Shown here in pieces: positions 13,099 to 28,070 of a stretch of DNA of 64,000 nt. Below the pieces are notes generated by a model. It was given only the letters and a program-made list of their open reading frames with translations. It had not been told where the DNA came from and ran no database searches. Where the stretch lies: assembly GCA_951406725.2 (NCBI GenBank), contig OX597814.1, forward strand, positions 151,156,001 to 151,220,000. Direction: 5' to 3'. The stretch is from Octopus vulgaris (taxonomy: Eukaryota). Numbering within the stretch: position 1 is the first letter of the stretch; the number at the start of each line of letters is the position of its first letter. Made by a program: the position numbers and the translations under genes.

Positions 13099-13630
13099 TT
13101 AATATTCCTGGCCCAGGGTGTTTAAACTTGGTCTAAATTTTTTTATGAAATACAGTTCTTTATTTTGGCGTTGCGTGAAGGTTGCGTTGTCACTGAATTT
13201 ATAGAGCGGATAAGTTGTAAATTTCGGATTTACATTTCCAGCACATCTATCTATGTGTCCGCTGACCGGTATTTTCCGGTAATCAGGGTTTCTAATTTGT
13301 GATTTATGCACCGCCATCCTGTTACGTAAGCTATTTTTTGTATGGCCTATATACTGCCTATTGCAGCCTGCGCATGTTATGACGTAAATTAAGTTTTCTG
13401 ATGCGCAGGTGAAGTTTGCTCTAATGGTGAACTGGTGGCCTTGTTCCAGTATAAATTCTGATCCTTCTATCAAGATGACACAGATTCCGCAGTTGGGCCT
13501 TCCACATTTTCTAACTGCTGGTTTTGTGGTTGATGTTGAGTGCAGTTTAGCTTGGGTTAAAATCCTTTTCAAGGATTTTGGTTGCCGTTTACTTTTAATG
13601 ATGGTGTGTGTTTCGAGGATCCGGTTCATC
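13099..13630 (-). CDS. GIY-YIG endonuclease of a Penelope-like element (C-terminal fragment)
   Basis: RQPKSLKRILT linker, CGRPNCGIC, FTCASENLIYVITCAGCNRQYIGHT...LRNRMAVH, ELYFIKKFRPSLN. Confidence 0.88.
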
Positions 13631-13726
13631 ATATACACATATGAGAGAGAATCCACTTTAGTGGATTCTCTCTTATATGTGTATTAATAATATTTACTGA
13701 ATCTCAGTTTTTTCACCCTCATTTTG

Positions 13727-13729
<3 letters not shown>

Positions 13730-13790
<61 letters not shown>

Positions 13791-13829
13791 GTAGGTATGT
13801 ATGTATATATATATATATATATATATATG

Positions 13830-13887
<58 letters not shown>

Positions 13888-13900
13888 TACATATATATAT
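13730..13900. repeat. (TA)n, (TG)n and (GATA)n microsatellites
   Basis: Direct reading. Confidence 0.95.
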
Positions 13901-14050
13901 TGTTTCATTCTTTTTTTACTTGTTTCGTGCACATCGACCCAGGACTTATTCTTTGCAAGACTAGTACTTATTCTATCGGTCTCTGTTGCCGAACGGAGAC
14001 GCAAACACACCAGCATCGGTTGTCAAGCGATGTTGAGGGACAAACACAAA
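13900..14050 (-). mobile_element. SINE family W, 3' fragment
   Basis: catcgacccaggacttattctttg...cggttgtcaagcgatgttgagggacaaacac, as in 57740-58095. Confidence 0.6.
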
Positions 14051-14099
14051 CACATACACACACATGTATACATACATAATACATATATATATATATATA

Positions 14100-14827
14100 C
14101 TAGCATTAAAGACCCGTCGTTGCCGGGTCATAGTGCTAGTGCATGTATATATGTGTATATATATGTGTACTTATTACATGTACATCTATATATATACATC
14201 TACACATAAAAGGCAAAATACAAAGTTATATCTTGATATCGCTAGTGATAACAATACTCAAAATATATTACAGACTGGAATTGTTAGCTCTTCTTTTTTC
14301 TCTATATTGTATACTTTATAAACAATAGTCTTTTCTTTAATTTAATTTTTTATTATCCATCTGGACTATTCTATTTCTGCACGCTAATTTTATTTTTAAT
14401 TTATTCCCATTCATGTGAAACCACTTATTCAAGTTCAAATCATTGATGCGATTTTATACCAATTGCTATTTTAACTTTTGTTATGTTACGATTATATTAT
14501 ACTTTAGTTTGATTTTAATTATTACTTACTACATATAATTCAATTGTTATTATTATTTTTATTGTTAAAGTGAAAGCATCTAACATAAAATAGAGAAATA
14601 TTTTTGTTTCACTTTTAACACGAAATACTGAAATAGTGGAGAAGATATGATATTGCTATGGGCTCGCTCTAGGCAAGAAGTTGAACATTTTTTGCCGATG
14701 ACACTCCCCGGACCCTAAGTAAGCCATGTGTAAAATTTGAATGAAATTGGTTGTGTAGTTCTCAAGTTTTAGGGAAACACACAGACAGACAGACACACAC
14801 ACATTCTCAGTTTTATATATATAAAGA
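14100..14827 (-). mobile_element. Complete non-autonomous Helitron
   Basis: Minus strand begins A|TCTTTATATATATAAAA, then (gtct)n/(gt)n and ccaatttcattcaaatttt. Ends with hairpin gacccg-gcaacga-cgggtc and CTAG|T. Inserted in AT with no TSD. Confidence 0.85.
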
Positions 14828-14834
14828 TATATAT

Positions 14835-15483
14835 CAACAATTGAGGGTAAAATTAATTAATCAATTTCACCAAGTGTTCAGTATGTAAAAGGACCATTTA
14901 AGGCGAATTCAAAATATTACATTATATAATTAGGGCTTAGTAAAATAAATTACTTTGCCACATACTGAACTTAATAGAAATAGCAGCCAAAAAAATTTTT
15001 TTAGCCATTTCTACTACTTAAAGAAAATTTCTCTCAGATAATGTTTACTCAAGATAACTCACGAAGGTATGGGGGTAAATACAGAAAAATATCACATGTA
15101 CAAAGATCGTTTGAGAACGTCAACGTTTCTAGATTAGCCAAATAAAATCAGCATTTCTTTCGTCAGCTCAAAATTTCTTAATTTGGATTTGGAAACACTA
15201 AAAAGAAAGAACTTTACCTCTCGGCGAACTTATCACCTCAGATGAACCAGCTCAAACTGCCAGTGCTAACAAATTCAAAATGCGCAAGTGTAGATTCCTT
15301 CACTCCTCTTCCACCCACGTGGTCTATCTAGCAAACATTATATTTTAACCGCGAGAACCGAGGCAGTATGACAGAGAGAAATGAATTGTAGTAGAAATGG
15401 CTAAAAATTTTTTTGGCTGCTATTTCTATTAAGTTCAGTATGTGGCAAAGTAATTTATTTTACTAAGCCCTAATTATATAATA
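14835..15483 (-). mobile_element. Non-coding hammerhead-containing element, family A, with partial inverted duplication
   Basis: 14921-15018 is inverted at 15388-15483. Homologous, in permuted order, to 25838-26513. HHR at 15110-15172. Confidence 0.75.
15110..15172 (-). ncRNA. Minimal type I hammerhead motif (family A)
   Basis: tttgag-CTGACGA-a-aga...tct-a-GAAAC-gttgac-GTT-ctcaaa. Stem I tttgag/ctcaaa is perfect. Confidence 0.7.
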
Positions 15484-15486
15484 TAA

Positions 15487-15487
<1 letters not shown>

Positions 15488-15555
<68 letters not shown>

Positions 15556-15691
15556 TATATACATATATACATAAATATATATATACATATATATATACAT
15601 ATATATATAAATATATATATACATATATATATACATATATACATAAATATATATATATATATACATATATATATACATATATACATAAATA

Positions 15692-15723
<32 letters not shown>

Positions 15724-15758
15724 CATATATACATAAATATATATATATATATATATAC

Positions 15759-15829
<71 letters not shown>

Positions 15830-15860
15830 CAATTATGTGTGTGTGCATATACATATATAT
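15488..15860. repeat. (TA)n-rich microsatellite
   Basis: Direct reading. Confidence 0.95.
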
Positions 15861-16205
15861 ACGTCACATATTTTGGGAATTTCTTATACCTGTTAAAATG
15901 TCTGTTTGATGAGCACTGTTTTTCATATCCTCCCAATATAAGATTGATGCATTGCTGAACATTATTCATCATGTTGGATGTATTTTGAACGCATCAAAAC
16001 ATATGGCGATGATATGAAGACATAAATAGTCTAATAACATCGTGAGCGTTTCTCTCCATTTTCAATTTTTCCTATGTTCTAAATACGTCTTGATTCTGCT
16101 CGGAATTAAATTCTACACAAATGTGACCATTGAATCTCAAAGACACTTAAGCAACATTTAGCTACCTTGTAATTATTCCCTCGGATCTTTACTATAAATT
16201 GAAGA

Positions 16206-16248
<43 letters not shown>

Positions 16249-18522
16249 CAACGAATACGGTGAACAAACGAAACCCATTGAGTATGTGCGATCGATAAAG
16301 TTTACAACGCTAGCGCTGTTTATAATTCGTTATTGAATATATATACTGTTACTATTATCAACACCAGCAGCAGTCGAAGTTTCTTAATTTGTAAATCTAA
16401 GTTTCACATTTATTCAAATGATTAAATTTGGGAAGAAGCATCACAATATGCAGGCAAAAATATTCGAAAGTAAGTCGAAATATGATTACTTAACAATATA
16501 TGGAGATTTGATTAGCTGCCTATAAAATGTTTTTGAAATGCACCTTACAGTCATCTGTTCAATTCTCATGCGCAGAATAGTTAGATTTGTGTTTAACACT
16601 ACCTATACCTAGAATTTTATCTAAGAAATTTATTATGCTGAGATTTATATCTTCTGTAATGTTTAAATTTGCCTCATTGATTATATTAAAAACTCTTCTT
16701 ATACCATCTATATTTTACAAAATAATTAGCCATCCATATTTTACAAAATAATTAGTCGATTGTCAATGTAAATACCAAATTCTAAAGAACCAAATTTCCT
16801 CTGAAGTGAGTTTAAAATGAATAGTTTTACTCATTTATAAAATTCAGCGATATTGTACGATCCCATAGTTATATCAGACAATTCCTCTCCACAACGTTTA
16901 ACCTAAAAAGAATTATTGTAGAAGAATGAGGATCTCCTCGCATGCATAACATGCGAATCCATAATTGGATTCCAATCTGAATAAATTACGTTATTCTGTG
17001 CTTAACAACTGAGCAGATGAAACGGCAATTTTCTAGCAATTATAGCAACTAATCAAATATCGACGTTCTGTTCACTAATCTACTTCGATTATATACGGCT
17101 ATATCTCTAATATACTGTCACGCTTCATGACAAGTTTAAAAGTTCGAATAATCGGTGATAATGGCAATTGTAAAGATATCAATAATGGTTTCGGAATTGT
17201 ATATAGAGAGTTGAGTTCAATAGAGGTTCCCACATGGTATTTAAAATCTACAGATGATACATAATTTGGTGCATTGGGCAACAAGTCTATAATTAAAAGC
17301 CTACGAGCAAGGATTTAAGAAATCATAATAAAAATATCATGCTAGACAGGAATCGGCTGTAGAATGTGATCAGTCGTTAATAGAGCAATGTTACATTTTT
17401 CTCGATAAGAATGGAGTTGATGGAGAACTGTGAATGTTGAATTTAGAAATTGTGAGAAACAGAAGTACAGTACTTTCCAATAAGTACAGTTGTTTTTCTT
17501 GTTGCTGTTGTTTTGCTATAAGCCAGCCGTGCTCTAGCAGGTTCGCTGTCAAAGGTGTTCCAACCGTGACCATGCCGTAATTTTTCAAACCGAGGAATCC
17601 AGTTTATCAAACGTTTTATTACCGTTTGAAGATTGACGGGCATATGATTTGAGAGAAATTTAGCTATTATTTTGAGCAAATTGAATGACTGTGGTGCAAT
17701 TCCCTCATTAGCGTGTTCCGACAAGTGATACTGACAAAAGTAAAATATTTGTATCAAATAAATGTAATGTAATCAATGGATTCCCTAATTACTTCGTACC
17801 GAGGAGGCACAACCATGTTGAAACAGCTATTACGAATACAGTGCATTAAATGTCTTAAAACGAATCGTTCAAATAGTCATCACCAATTAGAATTCTCATC
17901 AACAACAAGTGATAACAGGCTTGGAAGCATTAAGCTATCAAAAGAATTATTATATTCTTCATTACTTGACAGAAATATTTGACAACGCTTTAATGCCAAT
18001 CAATTATGATATTATATATAGCAAAATCTCGTAATTGGCTGAATATGGCAGACGTTCTGGAAATATAGAAAGCATCATAAATGCCAGACTCGAATCCTGA
18101 ATTGATGAGTATGAAATTAATACATGCAAGTTCTTAAATGCACATATAATCATGTATCCACATAAATGCACACGGAGATAAAATGCACACACAGTCATGT
18201 ATCCACATAAACATTTACTATAACACGCTGTCACACGCGCACACACACACACATATCCAAGCATACATGACGATGTTCTCACGCCATAATCTTGTCATGA
18301 AACCACTGAATGAGGTGTGATAATATGTTGCAGCTGACTTTGAAATATTGAACTATTGGTTACTACAAGGTTTGTTGGAAACTTGGCTCCCAATAAGCTA
18401 TAATTATTGTATTACCCAATAGTTTTATTACAGATTCCGAGTTCAAATCACACCGAATGCAAATTTGCCTTTCATTTTTCTATGACTGATAAAGTAAATC
18501 ATCCATATTATATTCCAGTCTA

Positions 18523-18725
18523 CGAGGGGTGCTGAAAAGTTATTGGCCTTAGGAGTGTCGCGAAAGGCCTTATTGGAGGCCCAACCTTCCGAGTTCTTTT
18601 ACAGGGCTTAGCGAAACTGAAGGACCGCAGCAATCAAGTGTATGAATCTGAAAGAGGAATATATTGAATAAAATCCTCCTGTACTTTCTTTTACCAAAAT
18701 CCAAGAACTTTTCAGCACCCCTTAG
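18523..18725. mobile_element. Mariner-derived MITE
   Basis: TA|cgaggggtgctgaaaagtt ... aacttttcagcacccct-tag|TA terminal inverted repeats. Confidence 0.8.
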
Positions 18726-19569
18726 TATATATAAGCTCTCAAGAGATTTCTGGCCTGTTGTTTATGTTAGAAATGATTTACTTTAAAAAGGAAGAAAGAT
18801 TTTCTCCAATTTTTCTAGCTATTTCCTAAAATACTTTGTTTTGTTGCTGTTATTGTGGTTTAATTAGTGGCCTAAAATCAAACGGCTTGTGTAACAGAAG
18901 ATTGAACCTTTTAATATTTGTGCTAAAGAAATGAGATGTAATGTTCATAACAGCATATACACTAAGTGATATCATTTCGATTAGGAACTAAAGTTGCTTC
19001 ACCATGTCGCCTCCAACTGCAGAAAAAGGTTACCTCTTACTCAACATTAACTGAATGTTAACCAGAACATATGTACTGTTATCGTTGTTTAAATACTGCG
19101 TAACTCAAGTCCACTTCATTTTCTCTAGACACTAGAGTCCTGTTTCCGTGAAATTTAACTGCTATTTCTAACACGTCTAAAGGCCACCAGCAGGCTATTC
19201 TGTTGACTCAAGGACATTTAATTAATATTACATGTTACCGGTGAACACAGCTTTGGAAATAACAGATAATGGACAATTAACCAAGATATCGACGTTTCGT
19301 ATCACATATATTGCAATTTGTCCATAAATAACACCTATATTTAATTTCCAAATGATGCGATCCCTATGTGAAAATTTGTAAATGAATATACACAATGCTT
19401 CACTGTCGGCAGCGGTAGCACTATAAAATTTACAAGAGTGTTTTTCAGCTGAGTGTAAATCTTTTGTGACATTGGCACAAATAACCTATTTGGTCCAGAC
19501 ACTCCTCGATGTGGTCCAGACACTCCTCGATGGCTGACTAACCATAAAAAGACATGGTTTTATCGTTTA

Positions 19570-21330
<1,761 letters not shown>

Positions 21331-21331
21331 G

Positions 21332-21580
21332 TGGAGGCGCGTGGCTTAGTTGTTAGAGTGTCAGCATCATGATCGTAAGATTGTGGTTTCGATTCCTGGA
21401 CCGGGCGACGCGTTGTGTTCTTGAGCAAAACACTTCATTCCATGTTGCTCCAGTCCACTCAGCTGGCAAAAAGGAGTAACGCTGCGATGGACTGGTGTCC
21501 CGTCCAGCTGGGAAACACATACGCCATTGAAACCGGGAAACCGGGCCCATTAGCCTGGCTGGGCTTTAAAAGGGCGCATT
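21332..21580 (+). mobile_element. tRNA-derived SINE with Z-like head and a tail shared with family Y copies
   Basis: tggcttagttgttagagtgtcagc...ggtttcgattcctggaccggg; tail gcgatggactggtgtcccgtccag...gaaaccgggaaaccgggccc. Confidence 0.8.
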
Positions 21581-21584
21581 TATT

Positions 21585-21667
<83 letters not shown>

Positions 21668-23693
21668 AATCTGTATAAATCTTGTTTTGTTTAGACTTTT
21701 GTATATATTCTTCGCGATTAAAGATGTTAGAGTTATATTTGTGTTGTATTAACTATAGATGAAATGTAGATTTAAACAGATTTCCCTCGTAATTGAAAAA
21801 GAGTGGCGACAGTTAGCGAAATGAAATGATAAATGCATTATATATTTACTGTGAGTAACTGATGTTTGTAAATGTGTAGAAATCCAATTATTCGGGAATT
21901 ATGGTATTGATTTCATTTTATGAGATTAGAAGAGAACTAAGCAAGTGTTCCTGTTCAGATTAAGTATGGCAATTGTTTATCGTTTAGAGCAGAGATTTTG
22001 CTATACATGTGTAAGTTCTATTAATAGTGTTGGAGATTACTTTATGCTATTTCCGAATGAGGATACGCGAATATAGTTTGTGCTTCCTACGCTGAAACAT
22101 GAAAATGTTTCTGTGTTCTATATGCAGCTTTGCATCAAATATTCATTATATGCTCAGATTGCACGCAGCATAACTCTAAAAGAAAAAAAATCTACTACAT
22201 TTATTTGCAATATATTTTTCGTCATGGAAATGTTAATGGTTGCGGCGACATAGAAATATGAATTGTTGTTGTTGTTGTTGTTGTTATATATAATCGCAGT
22301 AGATAATATTTTTTGCCGTTGGATAATATAAGACGAACCGAAACTTAATAAAAGAGGAAACGTTTACATTTGAAAATTCTTTGGTCAGATCTAACATGGG
22401 ACTAAATAGCTACTACAACAGCTTCAACAATGACGATGACGTGTTACAAGTCTGTAGCTGGAGCAGAAGACACTTGCCCAAGGTGAATCGCAATGAGACT
22501 AAACCCGAAACTTTATACAGACATATTAGCTGTGTGTCTTTAAACGTGCTTGTATATCTCAGCTTGGCAACAAATGTGTATCTCTCAGCTTGGCAACAAA
22601 TGTGTATCTCTCAGCTTGACAACCAATGTGTTTGTATCGCTCAGTTTTATGTCCCTGTAACTTATTGTTTCGGCAAAAAATGACTAAATCTATACCATAC
22701 TTAAAATAAGAACTATAAGAACTTAAAATAAGGACTATACTTAGAATAAGAACTATACCATACTTAAAATAAGGTCGAGTTGATCGACCTAAACTCATCA
22801 AGATGGTAGGCCTGTATGGCCGTATTTCAATGACTAAAAGACTTTGTAGAAATAATATCCAAATCTGTCTCAAACCATAATCTACTGCATTAAATGAGAA
22901 ATGAATGCGTTTGATAATGTATTCCTGCATATTCTAGCACGATGAGATGCTCACAGATGAAATGTTTTTGATTATAAATCTGACCTATGTTGTTGTTGAT
23001 GTCTTTTACCATAGACCTGCTCAATATGACCTGACATAGAGATAAACAGCTCGATCAGATATGACACAGGGATAAGTCATCCATCAACCAATACACACAA
23101 GCATACATACATACATACATGCGTATAAGAAGTTGGAAGAGATGTAGGGGTTAGAGAAATGAGAGATGGGTTACTGTTAAAATGAAGCATTGTGAAACAC
23201 GTGGAAAATCCGTAGTTTACATAAAGGCGATAGCAATGCAGATAGAACATTAATATATAAAATGCCAATAAGAAACATATTGAAACGTTACTTTAGAAAT
23301 ATTCAATTAACTTTGATATTTCGAGTTAAAAACTCCTTCACCAAGATTTTAAGGAACAAAAGAGAGATATATAAATTACGTTCCTTTCTGTTGACATGTC
23401 AAATCCTTAAATGGGTTATTTAAATTACCATGCATGTAAATATGTAGAAATTTGAGATGAGGATTGTATTCCATAGAAGTATTTATATGTGAATGTGTGT
23501 TGTGTACGAAATAGATATAAGTATATTTCATAAAAATTCACGGTAGATAATATTTTTTGCCTATTTCTAGTGAATTCTTCAAAAATTCTTTTACGCATGA
23601 AATATTTTATTATTATGAGAAATATTTTCCTCAGCATTGATGTGTGTGTGTGTGTACTTCTATAATATATATATATACAATATATATATATAT

Positions 23694-23746
<53 letters not shown>

Positions 23747-23981
23747 ACGTAAATATACATATATAAGATATAAGATATATACATATATAAGATATTACAT
23801 GCATATTACGTTTATACATATATATGCATATATCTATATAAGCTTTACATTTGTATCCATATAAGCACATACACACACACACACACTCATACAAAATCAT
23901 GTATACACACATACATACGAATATATGTATATTTATGTATGGGTATCTGTGAATGAATTTATATATGTAATATAATATATG

Positions 23982-24013
<32 letters not shown>

Positions 24014-25189
24014 TGTATGTATGTATGTATTCATAATTTGCTATGTGCTTGGAGACTTAAGAAACTTCCCACTTATTTCTTTCTATTGTGTTCGTTAGGA
24101 GCATATACAATAAAGCCTGAAAACTAAACAGCTGTATGCACGATCCAAGCTTTGAGAATCTATTATTATTCAACATATATGATCCAACCTCTCAAAACAA
24201 TGTTGAAATTACATTTTAATCAGATTTATGATACGAAAAATTCAATATGTAACATCATGAACAGAAAATAATAATGGCTGAAATTAGAAAGCGTGTTCAG
24301 AGAATTTTACTGTACGTGACATTGCTGTTGTTTATTATTCTTTTAGAAATAAGATGCCATATATACAAATTCTAATTATGTTCGATATTTTATACAAGAG
24401 ATCCTTAGATCTTTCCTCCGTTTCTCAAAGTACCAGAGAAAATAATCGAAGCAGTTTTTTTTTTTAATATTTAACTGTATATCTTATTGATATACCACGA
24501 CTTATATTCATTCTTTTTCTCCAATTATTCATATCATTAAAAGGTCTAAAGAAGAGTATGAGTCAAAAAGATATTCCAATATTTTCAGCATCTAACAATA
24601 ATCTGAGGTTCATGACAATTTGCTGTTAGATATTTTTCCTTGGACATTTCTCGCTAACCTTTCTCTAACACAGAGACCAATAAGGAAGAACAGATATTTA
24701 CAACAGATTTATTTCCAAGGAGATAATTTTCCATCGCAGCAGTAATTGATCTCTTGTGATGATGTTTTCCTCGAGAAATTATATTCTAACGTAAAACCTA
24801 TAACAAACAAGATCTAAACTCTAGAGGCATGGGATTCATTGGACCGAGACTATTATCTAATGTAATATTTTTCCTCAATACCTTTCGATCAAAATTCAAA
24901 GTAGAAAACAATCGAGAAACTAAAACAACCTAAAGCAAATATGTATAAAGACTAATGTTGGTTAAAGACCTAAATATTTATTTCTATAAAAGAATATAGA
25001 TTGATATTCGTGGTGTTTCTCCTTGCCATCTTAAGATGATTTTTTATATTCTTTAGTGTGGGTTTTTCGTTTGTTTTTTAGGAAAATGAAAATAGAACCG
25101 GAGACCTGAAGAAAACCGGAATGCTAATCCATGGAAATATGCCATAGCTAAACTTAGCTAAGCATTTTGTCAGGCATAAAATGAGAGAT

Positions 25190-25832
<643 letters not shown>

Positions 25833-25837
25833 TATAA

Positions 25838-26513
25838 AAGTATTAATTTATAAAAATATGGTAAAGTAAAAAAATTCACTTTACCACACACCGAACTTTT
25901 CAGAAATAGCAGCCAAAAATTTGGCTATTTCTTCAACTGCAAGTAAAAGTCTCCAGACAATGCATACTCAGAAAATAACTCACATAGGTATAAGGGAAAA
26001 ACAATGAAAGATCACATCCATATAAGATACCCGAGGACAGCCTGTTTCTGGATTCGTGGGTTAAACGCCACTTTTCCTTCATCAGCTCAGAGATTTCTTC
26101 TGATTTAGATTTGAAAATACTAAGAGTCAAACATACCCGTCCGATATCTGTAACATCGGACAAACCATGCCAGACAACCAGTACTAGCGAATCCAAAAAT
26201 ACAAATGAGATCTATTATTCTCCCTGTCCACCCACGTGAGTCATAGAGTAGTACATTCCTACAGAGGCAAAAACTGTAGTTCAAATTCTTGGAGAGAAAG
26301 CATTATATTGTCAGTAAAAAAGGGTGGAATTAATTAATTGTTAATCAATTCGACCAAGCAGTATTCGGTATGTAAAAAGACCATTTACGGTATATTTGAA
26401 GTATTAATTTATAAAAATATGGTAAAGTAAAAAAATTCACTTTACCACACACCGAACTTTTCAGAAATAGCAGCCAAAAATTTGGCTATTTCTTCAACTG
26501 CAAGTAAAAGTCT
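25838..26513 (-). mobile_element. Non-coding hammerhead-containing element, family A (561-bp unit plus 115-bp terminal direct repeat)
   Basis: 25838-25952 appears identical to 26399-26513. HHR at 26030-26091. Flanked by (TA)n on both sides. Confidence 0.85.
26030..26091 (-). ncRNA. Minimal type I hammerhead ribozyme (family A)
   Basis: tctgag-CTGATGA-a-gga-aaa-gtgg...ccac-gaa-tcc-a-GAAAC-aggct-GTC-ctcggg. All core nucleotides present; GUC cleavage site. Confidence 0.8.
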
Positions 26514-26588
26514 GACAATATGTATATATATATGTATATATATATATGTATATATATATGTATATATATATATATGTATATATATATG

Positions 26589-26693
<105 letters not shown>

Positions 26694-26744
26694 CACACAG
26701 AAACAGAGAGGGAAAATATTATTTTTCATTTTTTTCTTTTTTTA

Positions 26745-27100
26745 GCTGACAGAATCGTTAGAGCATGGGACAAAAATGCTCAGCGATATTTCTTTACGTT
26801 CTGAACTCAAATATCACCGGGTCAACTTTGTAAGTGGAGAGATAGCAGAATCGTTAGTGCGCCGGATAGGGTGCTTGGTAGCCTTTCTTCCGAATCTTTA
26901 TGCGCTGAGTTCAAGTTCCCCTGAAGTCGACTTTGTCATACATCTTTTCGAAGTTAATAACTACTGGGGTCAATGTAATCGATTTACCCATCTTCTTCCA
27001 GAATTTCAGGCCTCGTGCCAAAATATGAAGCTATTAAGGCGGAGAGGAGACAAATTCGTTAGCACGTCGGACAAAATGCTTTATTGGCATTTCGGCTAAT
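26745..27100 (+). mobile_element. Cluster of degraded family X SINE heads
   Basis: Three successive gcagaatcgttag/tgagttcaa-like heads. Confidence 0.55.
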
Positions 27101-27179
27101 TACATTTCATTATGTATGTGTGTATAATATATACAAACGTGACTATGTACATAAATTAAGTCCAGAGAACACTAAGGGA

Positions 27180-27760
27180 GAATTTCTGGAATGTTTTTAA
27201 AATCTTCATTGTACCACTAATCGCTCAGTTTGTTTTGTTCCTTCTTGGAAACCCTCAGAGATTCTAGGCTTTTATAATAATATATTCTTACATAAACCAA
27301 TGCAGCTATAATAACCGGTACAAATGACAAGCCCGGATTAAAGAGTTGTAAGTTCCTCATTAACTTGCCAATAATGTTCTTGTTCAACCATCTTACAAAA
27401 CATTCTCATCCAGTTAGTAACTAGCCGCTACAAGTCATAATTTTGCTTCCTGTTCTATAGAACAATATCAGGTCTTTTACGTTTGCACCTGACTCCGGTC
27501 TTTATTGAAATGTTCTGCCAGTGTTCTGTGTTTTTAAATGCGTGTTTACATTCTAGTTTTGCTATGTGTTTGGTATAACTATCAGGGCAATCCTTCGAGC
27601 GTATAGCATTGTAAAAGTTATTAGCAACGATGCCATTTTTTATTGGAAGGTAGTACATAGTGAGAGCTACTGATGGTGTAGGTTGTATCTACTACTCTAA
27701 AACAACAAACATTTGCTATCATAACGTGAAGATTAAGGAACTTTATCTCTCTTATTGATC
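27180..27760 (-). mobile_element. Decayed RLE-type (R4/Dong-like) non-LTR retrotransposon fragment
   Basis: Minus-strand YYLPIKNGIVANNFYNAIR...W.NISIKTGVRCKRKRPDIVL resembles the RHD...RPD restriction-like endonuclease region. Confidence 0.55.
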
Positions 27761-28070
27761 AGGTATTTAGTAGTTTTCCTCCTATTCCTGAATAGTGAAG
27801 GCGTTTCATGTATTGAGAAGTAATGTATATATCAGAGGTTGAAGACAGAAAGTGACTACTTTCCTATCAGTGTAGTTGGTATTCTGTTGCTTGCGAGATG
27901 CGTAGTCATACATAAATTTTGATGTAGTCATGCATAATTTGGTATGATGGGTGTTCTCCAAGTTTCACTTTAAGTAAGTTTTTATACCCACGTTACGTAC
28001 AGCTAACATAGCTCTTAGTAACTCCTTTTAAAAATCACAAAGCTCACGTATTTAAGCATTGTTTTATGTA

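Larger units (their letters stand above)
11499..13630 (-). mobile_element. 5'-truncated Penelope-like element: GIY-YIG C-terminus, tandem-repeat 3' region, hammerhead-bearing terminus
   Basis: GIY-YIG ORF at 13099-13630, repeats at 11965-12905, HHR motif at 11563-11604. Terminal ~105 bp recurs at 48266-48372. Abuts (TA)n. Confidence 0.8.

Noticed and set aside
13099-13656. Stand-alone homing endonuclease
   Set aside because: Linker and Cys motifs plus the HHR-bearing terminus indicate a truncated Penelope-like element. The first residues come from unrelated fold-back DNA.
22548-22775. Short tandem duplications (gtgtatctctcagcttggcaacaaat; cttaaaataagaactata)
   Set aside because: Ordinary minisatellite slippage with no further structure.
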